Both the position numbers and the translations under genes were made by a program. A stretch of 64,000 nt of DNA from assembly GCA_951406725.2 (NCBI GenBank), contig OX597820.1, positions 54,746,001 to 54,810,000 of the forward strand. The letters run 5' to 3'. Within the stretch, counting starts at the first letter, position 1; each line of letters starts with the position of its first letter. The notes below the pieces were generated by a model that saw only the letters and a program-made list of their open reading frames with translations, was not told where the DNA came from and searched no databases. Below are positions 49,046 to 62,400 of this stretch, piece after piece. This DNA comes from Octopus vulgaris (taxonomy: Eukaryota).

Positions 49046-50957
49046 CTGGAAGGAAGAAGAAAAATATCAACAATAGCAAAATATACACAAAGTAAAAAAG
49101 AAACAGAAAACCCAGATATGCTATGGACTAACTGAACTTTATAATGCTGAGTTCAACAAAGTAATTAGAAAGAAAAAACTGTCCTTCATTGCTAATTAAA
49201 TCACTTTGCTAATTAAGTCACTTCGTTAATTGAGTCACTTCTTAAAACATGGAAATGAAATAGTTGAAACATTAAGTTCAGAGAGCCTTTACCACCACCA
49301 TTATCATAACAAAACACATCGCAACCCCACAATATATACCACAACAGATAACCATCCTACCCTGGATGTTTTACATAATAATGAAAACCTCCAATAACAT
49401 CCCAATCCCTTTCCTATGCTGCTTCCTACCCCATCACTTCCAGTATGTCACCTGGTAACTAAAAAGCGAATCATATAAGTAATCAATCAATTAGCCAATT
49501 TTGAATGGCTTAACCTAATTTCAGCTTCAATGGTTTGAAGTAGGCTTCCTTCCACCACCACCACCACAGTTGCCAAAGTGGACTGCCACTATCACCACCA
49601 CTATCAAGACAGCTGCCAAATTGTACCACCCAGCAGTAACTGAGTGTAACAACAGAGCAGTTATATGATGCAATCAGGACTAGACTTTTTATTGAATTCA
49701 GATTCTTTTTCTTTGTCAAGTCTACAAGACTGTCAGCAGAAAAAGTGCAAGAAAAGCAGATAATGAAGAAGTCAGAAAACCTAAAATGAATGAAAAACTG
49801 AAGGAGGTCGACCATCATCATCATCAGTGCCAACATACCAACTCAACCACAGTTATCATCATCAACAGCATGACAGACTAGTCAAATCTATTTCACCCAT
49901 CCACTGTTTTACTTCTAATCTTTGTTGTAGTCTGATGTCTTATGTCCCTTAACAACCCTGAAAGCTATGCCAGTGGAGTGCAAGCTCCTGATAGGGTCTC
50001 TCATGCAGGAAAGGTCACAGGATAGAGACCAAACTATTATGGACCACCTCTTCCCAGAGCTAAAAATGCCTTTGTGTAAGGCTAATGACCCTGCCTAGAA
50101 AAAAAAAAAGCATCAATGAAATTCAGAACTAACAAGACTTGGGAGAGTCAAGAACAGTGAACAAAAGTTACCAATTGCCAATGCTTCATAGGGGAAGGAG
50201 CTAAAATAAGTACAGTAATTGTTTTACTTATAGCCCATATGAGAGAAAGAAGGGTTATTGGAAACACCAACATCATCATCGTTTAATGTCCGTTTTCCAT
50301 GCTGGCACGGGTTGGACAGTTTGACTGGAGACTGGCAAGCCAGGAGGCTGCACCAGGCTCCAAACTGATCTGGCAATGTTTCTACAGCTGGATGCCCTTC
50401 CTAACATCAACCACTTCAAGAGTATAGTGGGTGCTTTTTACATTCCACTGGCACAAGAGCCAGTCAGTCAGCTAAAAAGATATACAAAATGAACATGAAA
50501 CTAAACAAAAAGTGAGAGTTCAGTGGATATTGAACTCACATTCCCTTGGTGCATATATATTTATTCAGTAAGCACTTTGACAATATTCACTGGTCACACT
50601 TATGCTTTCATATGCATTTACAGCAAGTTTAAAATAGTTTAGAATCATACATGATATTTACTTGCTTTAACTAAATTTATATGTTACAGCTAAGATATGA
50701 CTACAAAATCTCTTCGTTATTCTGACAATCAAATTAGTAAAACTTCAACTGATCTTTTTGAGAAAATTCTAAGGAGCCAAAATAGTATTCTAATGATTTG
50801 TAGATTCAACTATTAAATTTAGATTTTAATTATTTATTTTCAGAAATAGATTAACTAAGAGTGAATAGTAGATCTGTACTTACAGTTTTAAATAAAAGAG
50901 TTTTGTGTAGATATGTAAATGAGGGGAAAATCCAAAACTGATTCTCAACTTTAACTT

Positions 50958-50959
<2 letters not shown>

Positions 50960-50990
<31 letters not shown>

Positions 50991-52085
50991 TTAATGTCTG
51001 TTTTCCATGCTGGCATGGATCGGATGGTTTAACAGGAACTGGCCAGCTGAAGAGCTGCCTGGGCTCCACATCTGTTTGGGCATGGTTTCTACAGTTGGGT
51101 GCCCTTCCTAGTGCCAACCACTTCACAGAGTGTAATGGGTGCTTTTATGTGGCACAGGCACAGGTGCTTTTTCACGTGGCACTAACATCTATGAGCCCCA
51201 CAAGAGTTATGGTCACTCAGCTGCAGAGGGATGTAGGGGACATACCTATATGCAAGGACAACCATGATTTTACTTAGCTTGACATGACTTCTCAAGCACA
51301 ACAAACAATCAGAAGTCTTTGTCCCTTGTCATCCCCTCTATGAGGTTTAACATCTGAAAATCCTTTCTCACCATTTCAGATCACATCTTTCCGGGTCTAC
51401 CCTTTCCACACGTTTCCTCCACGTTTAGAGATCGGCATTTCTTTAAGCAGCTGTCCTCATCCATTTGCATTACATGAATGTACTGGTGCAGTCTTCTCTC
51501 TTTCACACTATATCTGAAGCCTCACATACCCAGTTTTTCTCACAAAACACTTACACGCTGTTGTATATGCACACTGATATTACCCATCCAGCTGGCTTCA
51601 TTTCTTTCAAGCCTTCCCATGTCTTCAGCAGTCACAGTCTATGTCTAACAGCCATGCAGCATAGCTGTTCATGCACAAAGAAAGAGATCTTTTGTTACTA
51701 GCAGAGGTAGCAGTTCTCTGAACTTTGCCCAGCCCATTTTTATTCTAGTAGCTATGCTTTTGGAATAACCTCCATCATTGCTAACTTGGTCACCTAAGTA
51801 CCAGAAATTGTCTACTACTTTTAAAGTCACCACTACCACCATTCGAGGGAGTCTACTTTCTGTACATTCTTAGTGTTTAATGTACCTGCACATCTGCCAC
51901 ATGTAAAGACTACTTTCTCTGTTAATCTTCTAGTGATATTGTTGCACCTCTCATGTGCCTATAGCTTGCAATGGTTACACCATATGGAGTTTCTACCAAT
52001 ACATTTTCTACATATTGAGCAGGGCCATCTCCCAGAAGGGATTTGTGATTTGTCTGTTTTCCTACTTATTAGGAATTTGGTCTTT
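50960..52085 (-). mobile_element. RTE LINE 3' portion with (GAT)n tail, decayed
   Basis: Minus strand reads SLKVVDNFWYLGDQVS and CGKGRPGKM*SEMVRKD, followed by the shared 3' UTR and microsatellite tail. Confidence 0.75.
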
Positions 52086-53074
52086 GCTAAATCAACTCTA
52101 AAGCTCTTTGATTCCAACAAAAAGTATGTGAAAGCATTAACGTTTAGGAGTTAAAACATTTCCAGACTTTAACATTAAAAACAATTTGTTTGTAAAATGC
52201 CTCAGTCCTTTGGGTGTTAAGTTCATGTTTTTTTTATTTTTTTAAGGTTTGAAAGGGTATTAATAGATATTGTCAACAATGTGAATTCAAAGACCTAAAC
52301 TTTGGTGATGTAACAGAACTAATAATAATAGTTTCTAACAGAGGGACAAAGCCAGAAATTAAGTGGTGGGGATTATCTACTTATATCCAGTGCTTGATCA
52401 GTACTTTATTTTATCAACTAGGGTTGATAAAATAGTTATTTTATTGACCCTATTATCCAGGAAGATAAAAGACAAAGATGACCTCAGCAGGATTTGAACT
52501 CAGAATGTAAAATGCTGGAACAAATATAAGATATTTCTCCAATATTTTAACAATTCTGTCAAGGCCAACAATTTTGAGGAGAAGGGAAGTTGATACCATC
52601 AGCTCCAATCTTTTAATGGTCCTTTATTTAATCAACCCTGAAAGGATGAAAGATAAAGTTGACCACAGCAAGATTTAAACTTGGAATGTAAAGAGCTGGA
52701 ACAAATAACCCAAGGCATTTTTTAAATGTGCTTATGATTCTGTCAATTCACTGCAATAATATTAACAATTCCTTCAACACTTTTTCTGTAAAAATATAAA
52801 GAAGACATTACAAAACAAGTGCCAAGAGTTTTAACTATGACCAAAGAAGAACGGTTTTGGAGATACAAACCATCAAGCTTTAAATTCAAGAGTACAAAGC
52901 AATAAGACAACCACACAGCTTCCATTGATAGTAGTATCACTATTAAAATAAATTGTTATTGTTTGGCTGATCTGGAACTAAAGCAAGTTCAAATTTCTGT
53001 AAGATTCAAGTTCTGATAATATAAGCTGGGATCAATTGATTACAACAAATCCATGTTTGAAGGTGCAAAGCATA

Positions 53075-53256
53075 TAATCAACTTATTAATTCTGTTAATC
53101 CCAGATGAAGTTAACAGGACACACGATCAATTCACTAGCCCTATTAATCCCAGATCAAATGAAGAAATTGTAAGACCAACTTGTTAGCTTTATTAATCTC
53201 AGATCAAGTGCACAATATGACCAACTTATTAGTAATATTCACCCCAAGTTGAAATG
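53075..53256. repeat. Degenerate ~48-bp minisatellite, 4 units
   Basis: Recurring (A/G)A(T/C)CAACTT(A/G)TTAG...T(A/G)TTAATCCCAGAT core. Confidence 0.55.
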
Positions 53257-56200
53257 AAAGGATATTAAATCATCTATGACTAAAATAGCTTGAAAATGTC
53301 ACATGACATGATATATGAAAGAAAGGATTATAACGTGAAATACACAAACACATAGTGCAGCATTATAAAATTGCCAATTATTTATTATAATACTTGACAG
53401 TATTGAATTTAACTCCATTTCAAGCTAAATTTTAAAAGGATGGGCATTACATAATTGACATTTTCTAATTCCTATGTCATGAGACTCAACAATGCAGGGC
53501 AAAAAAACCCAAAACAAAACAAAAAAAAACAACAAAAAACAAGACTATCAACCATATTCACTTAACCTAAATTCAATTCATAAAAAGGAAAACTTTATAT
53601 ATTTTTTGCATCTAAGGAAACTGGGTTAAAAGACTTACTTCACTCTTTTCTATTTAAACATATTTTCAAACACAGGGATCAGTTCATCAATAAAACAAAA
53701 CAAGTAAAAGAAAAGCTATATCAACTTACCCACTTTTTCTATAGTGAAACAATAATCTGGTTTGTTAACAAATGCAAAAGCACTCCCTCCCTCCCTCCCT
53801 CCCTCGCTCTCTCTCTCTCTCTCACACACTCACACACACACACAAAATTGCATTTTTATATTATTGCATACTTTCAGATGTATTACTAAAGCCTGATAAA
53901 GCAATAATACTAAAATCAAGTGAAACCCCACTTGAAACAGAAAGCACAGATTATGTTTAAAGTAAGATTATTTACGGTATGAATAAGTGCGACATATTCA
54001 CACACTGGACTTCAGCCCAAGCCACACTTTAGCCACTTAGGAAAATTGTGTGTTTGATCGCTCATTGTTTAATGTTTATGCGTTTTACTACCATATTTCT
54101 GTTAAAATAAACTGCTTTTGTTTAAATTACTTTTGAAAATAATGAAGAATTCAGTGAAATAACTTTGTCATTGGCATTATTAAGGTGGTGTTTCAAACAT
54201 AAATCAACAAGAAATTTTGATGGCAGGTCTTAATTTAGATCACTTTAAAAATTGGAGGTTTGTTACATAAAACCAAGAGTGATCTTAGGCAGATTGGTAT
54301 CAAAAAGGTTAAACTATATAACTGTAAACCATATTTAGTCAAGTTGCAGTATAATAATGATATATTAAGGTTATAACCATAAATGAGGTGGAATGGCGAA
54401 AACGAAAGTTATAGAATAAAGAAAATGTTGTAACATTTAGTAGCAACCCTTTAACTTCTGAGTTCCAATCTCACTACAGTTGGTATTCTCTTTCATGCCC
54501 TGAAAGTTGATGAAATAAACAAAAGTCATATATTCTTTTCTACTCTAGGCAGTCAGTTAGATCGACCCCAGTATGCAAAGGATGAAAGTAAAAGTCAACC
54601 TCGGCAGAATTTGAACTCAGAATGTAAAGCCATATATTGAAGCCAATTCAATTACCTATTCCTATCCTCTGAAAAAGTTTAGTCATAAGGGGCAACCTGA
54701 GAAATTATTCTTGATTTCATGCTGGTATGGATAAAATGAGAGCACAAAGTGGCCATTACTTCACTTTGATATCAAGAGTTCTACTCTGAGAAACCTATCT
54801 AAAGGAGAGTTTGATAAGTCTATTTGCAGAGAAGGGTGTAGAGTATAATATTTAGGCTTTGCCTTTCGTTTATGACAGAGGAAAGGAGGAAAATGTAGCC
54901 TTATCTACAGTCCAAGCGACAACACCACATTTTCCTCTTTTTGTTACTTTCAGATGAAAGACAAGATCTAATTAGATTCTGCACATTGCACACAAAATGA
55001 AATTATTTAACCATTCTATTAACTGCTGCCAACACAGATCACCGCAAATCATTTATTACCCATTTAAGTTGTTTGTTACAGATCTTCCTTAGTCTATATC
55101 ACTTCCATGCAGGAGCAGCTGTGTGGTAAGTAGCTTGCTTACCAACCATATGGCTCTGGGTTTAGTCCTATTGCGTGGCACTTTGGGCAAGTGTTTTCTA
55201 TTATAGCCTCAGGCCGACCAAAGCCTTAAGAGTGGATTTGGTAGACGGAACGTGAAAGAAGTCCATTGTATATAAATACATATATGTGTGTGAGTGTGTG
55301 TGTGAGTGTGTGTGTATGTATGTATGTGTGTGTATATGTTTGTGTGTCTGTACTTGACCCACACCATCCCCAACATTGCTTGACAACCGATGCTGGTGTG
55401 TTTACGTCCCATAACTTAGCAGTTCAGCAAAAGAGACTGATAGGATAAGTACTAGGCTTGCAAAGAATAAGTCCTGGGGTCAATTTGCTTGACTAAAGGC
55501 AGTGCCCCAGCATGGCCGCAGTCAAATGACTGAAACAAATAAAAGAATAAAAAAAAATAATCTATGAACACAAAAACACACAATGATAACTGCACATAAA
55601 CATAAAATGAAAGGAACACTTCCATATAGACCAGAGTTTCTCAGGCTTTTATACCTCTGTAGCCACTTTCACTGAACAGCATTTTACAAATGCTGCTTCC
55701 ATATGCTTTGCTAAACAAAACGAAAAAAAAAAATTCAAAGTGAAGATTGTTATCTATATTTTCTTATCATAACCAGCATGCCCCTCCCTTTAAATATTTG
55801 TATGGATTAGTGCTCCTTTAGTAAAATTCTTGAGGAAATTACTAAAGGTGTGGACTTATCTGATGAAATTTATATTGGACCATGATACATCATCCATCAT
55901 GTTTCAACTCTATGATAATACTACAATGTCCTATTTACAGTTTAGTCTTGACAAAGATCTTTTTGAAAATATGTTGAAAAAACAAGCAGTGTCCTCGTTA
56001 AAATGTTTTATTTCTTGACACTCTCAACAGCCAGTACCCACCTCATAACAACCCCTCTAACAATTTACTCCTGCCCCCTATAAGTTCACAACTCTCCCTC
56101 ATATTAAGAACCACTGATACAGACACATATACATAAACATAGAGAAACAGTGATTGAGTGTGGAACATGTGTATAGAAGAAGCAGAGAGAGAGAGAGAGA

Positions 56201-57959
56201 GAGAGAAAGTAAATGAGAGGAACAGCAAGAACAGCCATACAGAGAAGAAACAATAAAAATGCAACAGCAGCAAACCCAGACTATGCAGTAACTATTACTA
56301 AGAGGAAAACTTTCTTTCACAGTCTCCACCTCAACGTCATTATAGACATAAAAGTGCACTAGTTACATCTGCTGCTAAATGAAATGCAGACAATGACTGT
56401 GTATGTTGTGTAGGAGGGGGTCGGGTGGAAGGTGCATGACATAAATAACCAGAGTCAGTCTTTGTACTTTAATACTTTTTGATTCTATCTAGAATGGAAA
56501 GCAGTGATTCTAGTTTATAGACTACACATGTAAGTGCTCAACACAAGCTTGCACAGAAAAGCATAATATTATCATACATATGTATCATATAAGCACACAT
56601 TTCTTTAAGCATATATATTCTTTTAGTCTTTTACTTGTTTCAGTCAGTTGATTGTGGCCATGCTGGATGGAGCAATGCCTTAAAGAGTTTTTTTTTTAGT
56701 CAAAGAAATTGACACCAGGATTTATTCTTTCTAAGCCAAGTACTTATTCTATCGATCTCTTTTGCTGAAACCGCTAAGTTACAGGGATATAAACACACCA
56801 GCATCATTTGTCAAGTGATGGCAGGGGTACAAATAAAGACATACACACACGTACATAAATATACACACACACACACACATATATATATACACATACATGA
56901 CAGCTTCTTTCAATCTCCGTCCTTTAAATCCACTCACAAGGCTTTGGATGGCCCAGGGCTATAGTAGAAAACACTTGCTCAAGGAGTCATGCAATAAGAC
57001 TGAACTTAGAATCATGTGGTTGGGAAGCAAACTTCTTACCAAACAACCATGCCTGCAATATATCATCATCATCATCATCCTTTAATGCCCATTTTCCATG
57101 CTGGTATGGGTTGGATGGTTTGACAAGAACAGATGAACCAGAGAACTGCACCAGGTTCCAGTGTAATTTGGCTTGGTTTCTACAGCAGGATGCTCTTCCT
57201 AACACCAAACTTTTCCATCTCTTTTTAATGTTCCCTTTCTCATGCTTGCATGGGTCAGACAGAATTTGCTGAAACAAATATTCCACACGTGTAGAGTTCT
57301 GTTCTCATTTATTCGTTTACCGCCTTGTTTTTTATTATGCTTGTTCTGATATCTGCTTTCCCGTGCTAGCATGGGCCATATGAATACACTATTGAGCGTT
57401 GTTTCACTGCCAGATGCCCTTCCTGTCACTAACATTTACCTACTTTTCATTTTTAAATATAGGGTCCCTTATTTTCACACATCTTCGAAGACATAAAACT
57501 AACAGACAATTTGTTGACAGGAGGAACGACAGAATCACTATTTGTAACTTGTAATTTTCAGAGAAGCATCAGTGTAAACACACATACATACACACCCACA
57601 CGACTAGATTCCTTAAGTTCCTATCTACCAAATCCTCTCACAAGCTGCTTTGCTGTGGGATGATCATTGCCAGAGCGGCTAACTGGCACTTGTGCCGGTG
57701 AGCAGGTGGTACGTAAAAAAAAAACACCATTTGGGTGTGGCCGTTGCTAGTACTGCCTGACTGGCCCTCGTGCTGGTAGCACGTAAAAGCACCCACTACA
57801 CTCTTGGAGTGGTTGGCATTAGGAAGGGCATCTAGCTGTAGAAACTCTGCCAGATCAAGACTGGAGCCTGGTGCATCCATCTGGCTCGCCAGTCCTCAGT
57901 CAAATCGTCCAACCCATGCTAGCATGGAAAGCGGACGTTAAACGATGATGATGATATAT

Positions 57960-58320
57960 ATATATGTGATAGACTCTCCCTTCGGTTTTGACATATGAGG
58001 ATCTGACAACCTCCTCTTTCTTTGTCAGTCGCAATGCTTATGTCAAATATGACATTTAAGTCACACCAACGATTTGCAAAGAAGGCCATAGATGCTGCAA
58101 GTATGAAGATTACAAGTCAGTGCATGTGAGTATATTTTCAGCCACTTTTCTCCTTTGCCTTGCACTCCTAAGCCTGTTAACACTGTTTGCAACAAAGTTT
58201 CTGATACCATTTTGATGCATAATCTCCAAAGGTGTCATAAGCTATCTTCACTGCTGAGAGGTTACTCTTCAGCGTATCCTTATATCTGTGCCATGGTCAA
58301 TCAAGATTCCTGAGCCCACT
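57960..58320 (-). mobile_element. RTE/BovB-like LINE 3' fragment
   Basis: Minus strand PWHRYKDTLKSN and a decayed C2H2-like motif (CKSLV*LKCHI*HKH). Confidence 0.5.
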
Positions 58321-59289
58321 ATCATATGCATGTATGTGTGTCTTTGTACATGTGTTTCCCACCCTAACCCCCGCTTAGCAATCAGTGTTGGTTTGTTTAT
58401 AACCTCATAACTTAGTAGATTGGCAAAAGAGACCAATAGAATAAGCATCAGACTTAAAAATAAGCACTGAAGTTTATCTGTTCAACTAAAACATGACAAA
58501 GCAGTGCCCCAGTGTGATTGCAGTCCAACTACTGAAACAAGATAGAAGATAAGTATTTACAAAGAAATCTTATATTTTAGGTTTGATTACCAACTGTTAC
58601 CCAAGGACCATGTCGTGGTGTTAAAACAGGCAATGGATTGCATTTACAACCCAGGTAGATTAAAGCAGGATTTGAACTCGGAACACAAAGAACTAGAAGA
58701 AATACAAGAAGGTATCCCTTTTGATACTCTATAATTTCCACTAGCCCACCACCCTAGACTGTAATGTATTTAATAATGCTTGTTCAGAATAAGTCACCTG
58801 GGACCAAAAAATATCCACATCAGTTACAAGTCAGTGGGTGAGCCTGTACGAGGCTACATGACCTGTTAGATACAGCAGCCAAATCTCTTAAGATAATGGA
58901 CATATTGGATAATATACTTCTAAACACTACATCTGAATGGAAAATAGTAAATTAAATTGGCTATTACAATTCTGTTTGATAGTTATTTAGTTTGTAATGA
59001 TCTCATACGACAAACACATCTGCCTTATTTGTATTGCTATATCACAGTATGCTATGTACTCTTATAGTATATAGGTTAAACAATACTATATGGGATGCAT
59101 ATAAGATTTGTATATATATACAGAGGGTGAAGTAGAGAAGGAAGGCTTGCAAAACAGGCAGCTGCTGGTCTTCTATGACAAGCTCGTTAATTCAACCATG
59201 GACAGGAAGTCATACAAGCAGACAGACAGTCAAATGGATGGGTAGCCGTGTGTGTGTGTGTGTATGTGTATGTGTGTGTGTGTGATTGT

Positions 59290-59812
59290 TCAATTTTATT
59301 TCAAGATTTCTTGCCAACAGAGGAAGAGTCCGTTTCTAACCTAGGTCCAAGGCTTCTTCCTAGGGATTTCAACATCAACAACAGGGTATTTTTGTATGCA
59401 TGTATGTATGTTTTGTTTTATGTATGTCTATTCATGCATATCTAGACATGCTGATATATACTTAAAATGTTAAACTTCTGGAAAGTTTTGCAGATTTTTG
59501 CAGTTCCAGTGATGGCTTGGGTCGTTAGTCTTCGAAACAGCTTTCTCCTTTCTGGTTTTGAGAAGCCTAATTTCTCAAGATTGGTATCTAGGCAGTGTGT
59601 TACATATCCCAGTGCCCCAATGATTGCAGATATAAACCTGAACTTGTAATCTAGATAGAGTAACTGCAGATTTCTCAATAGTTCAGCATAGGTATTCTCT
59701 TTTTCACTGAACTTCAGTTTTATGTTAACATCCACTGGGCAGATGATTTCCACAACTGTACAGTTCCTCTTCTCTATCCCAAATCATTATATCAGGTCTA
59801 TTGTGTTTACAT
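59290..59812 (-). mobile_element. 3' end of an RLE-type non-LTR retrotransposon (R4/Dong-like)
   Basis: RPDIMIWDRE..CTVVEIICPVDVNI...EKENTYAELL...IIGALG is a restriction-like endonuclease motif set; followed by a 3' UTR. Confidence 0.8.
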
Positions 59813-60396
59813 TTAATTTATTTATGTATGTATGTATATATGTATGTGTGGGGGGGGGGGGCATACCTAGACATGTGTACCCACCCACCAACTTTGTTTC
59901 CTCCTAACTTCCAGAAAAATGGATATTTTTTGATAAAATACTTTTCAGATGGTGTATCCTCTGACTATTTTGGAAATTTATTATGAAAATATTTTTAGAG
60001 GGTGTTGAGAAGATTTTCAGAAAATTTACACAAGTCAGCTTTGTTTCCTCATAACTTTCCCAAAAATGGGTATACTTTTTTTAATGAAATTTTCAACAAA
60101 TTCTTTTCCAATTGTGCAGATTACAATTATTTTGGTATTTAACATGGAAAAAAAATTGGTAGATGCAGACACACACACTGACACAAAACATTTTTCTCAA
60201 AATTTCCGAGTTTTATTTTGTGTGTATATATATATATATCTAAATCACTTAGTACACTCTTAATGGCATCCTGACATAAAATCCATGCCAAAACAGACAT
60301 TGGTTCTCAATGCAATCTTCTGGTTTGTTAAATCCTGTCACACTATCCAACCCATGCCAGCATGGAAGACAAACATTACATAATGATATACATAAC

Positions 60397-60426
<30 letters not shown>

Positions 60427-60429
<3 letters not shown>

Positions 60430-60860
60430 TCATCATTTAACATCCGCTTTCCATGCTATAACGGGTTGGACGGTTTGACTGTGGGCTGGCGAACCAGATG
60501 GCTGCACCAGGCTCCAGTCTTGATCTGGCAGAGTTTCTACAGCTGGATGCCCTTCCTAACGCCAGCCACTCCGAGAGTGTAGTGGGTGCTTTAACGTGCC
60601 ACCGGCACGGGGGCCAGTCAGGTGGTACTGGCAATGACCTCGCTCGAATTTTTTACACATGCCAACGGCACAGGTGCCAGTAAGGCGATGCTGGTAATGA
60701 TCCCGCTCGAATGGTGCCTCCTACATGCCACCAGCACGGAAGCCAGTTAGCCGCTCTGGCAACGATCACGCTCGGATGATGTTCTTAGCACCCTACTAGC
60801 ACGGGGCACAAGTGCCAGTAAGGCAAAGCTGGCAATGATCACACTCAAATGGTGCCTTTT
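60427..60860 (-). mobile_element. RTE-tail-related SINE with internal ~62-bp tandem subrepeats
   Basis: Shared tail CCCATGC.AGCATGGAAAGCGGA.GTTAAA.GATGATG. Other copies at about 24875-25138, 38045-38440, 40545-40888, 42618-42895, 50270-50470, 57655-57955 and 62955-63205. Confidence 0.7.
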
Positions 60861-60886
60861 ATGTATATATATATATATAATGTTAT

Positions 60887-61165
60887 TTATATTAAGAGAA
60901 TTACTCATGTAAATGCCTCATGCTATAAGGGACTCTTAAAGTCAAACAAAAATACTTTAATAAACATACAGTGTACTGACAGCGAGGGAATGCAACATGG
61001 ATGTTGTCTCTTAAAAACAGATGTCCGGTGGAATCTGTTTTTAAGAGATGACTTCCAAGTTGCATTCTCTCACTGTTGGTACACTCTATATTTATTGAGG
61101 TCGTTTTGACTTTAAGAGTCCCTTATAGCATGAGTCATTTACATGTAGTAATGCCCTTAATATAA
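60887..61165. repeat. ~280-bp imperfect palindrome (foldback element)
   Basis: Arms of about 135 bp (TTATATTAAG...CATGCTATAAGGGACTCTTAAAGTCAAA / TTTGACTTTAAGAGTCCCTTATAGCATG...CTTAATATAA) with a loop of about 10 nt or less. Confidence 0.9.
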
Positions 61166-61879
61166 TAATGTATTTAAAAGGGAATAAATTAATTATATAT
61201 TTTGTATAAATTCTTCCCTTAACTGGTTTTTCACACTGACTACTTGATAAATTTTTATATAGATTTTATCCTTATATTTAATTTTATATATATATATATA
61301 TATATATCATGATCATCAAAATTTTTATGTCTACATTCCATGCAGGCATGGGCTGGACAGGTCATCTTGGTCTAAGTTATCTCCTATTCAGAACTGTTGC
61401 AACTATAGACTGATTTTGCGCAAATTTGGCTTGATTTTTTTTTTCAGCTTGATGCTTGTCTTTTCATCAATCACTTTACAGAGTATACTGGGTGCAGTTT
61501 TTGCAGCACCAACACTAAAGTGGTTGAATTAAGGGATATCAGAACCCTATGCACTCTTTGCTCAATTTGCCAAGCCCTTTACAAGGTGGGCATATTTTAT
61601 GGTATTAGCATTAGAAAGATTATTTTGCACACATGTCATTTTAAAGGAATGTGAGCTATCAACTTTCTATTGTGGAACTAGTACGGGATGGTGCTTTGTA
61701 CAGAGGACAATGTAAAGAGTACTCAGAAGGAAGACATGTAGACTAAGAAGAAGAAATAGGATGGGAACAATACCAGGAGTGAGACCAGAAGTGAGTGAGG
61801 GGGAACAAAGAAGTACTGAAAGTACTCAATAATTGAACACATTTGTACACACACACACACACACATCATGGCTTAGCTT

Positions 61880-62400
61880 TGCAATGAAAGATTCAACAGG
61901 GAGATTGTCCAAATCAACTACAAACTCACTGATGGCTGACTAGGTCAATACAAGAGGACCTGTTTTAAGCTCAGTCTTGCTGTTTCATAGTTCTTCAATA
62001 TTCTATACTCAAAAACAACCCTGCCTGCATTCTCAAAAGAGGAAACAGACTGGTGAATGGTATGTTACCTAGCTACACGACTGGAGGCAATGGTAAATCA
62101 CTGACAATGGTCAATATAACAGTCTGTGATTTTCCACAGAACCTTCCTGTTCAGTGTTGAACACTTTGATAAAGTCAATAATTGTCAATACAGTGCCTAG
62201 TTCTGTTTTCACATTTCCTTAAGAGTTGCCAGAGAATAAATAACAGTTGGTGCTACTCTTGTGACTCTGAATCTACACCGGCTTTCTGGGAGCCATCCGG
62301 CAATGATGACTATCAGTCTATTCAGGAGTATTTTCCTCAAAAAATCTTGTGAAGGAAAACAGTTATCCTGTGAGTTGGAGCAAATAAACTTCCCCATTAC
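61880..62400 (-). mobile_element. RTE/BovB-like reverse transcriptase fragment
   Basis: RKILLNRL...WLPESRCRFR...IYSLATLKE...LNRKVLWKI corresponds to the ILLNRL, LPESQCGFR and VNREGLWKI motifs. Confidence 0.7.

Noticed and set aside
53075-53256. CRISPR array
   Set aside because: Eukaryotic context, degenerate repeats, spacers too short and no cas genes.
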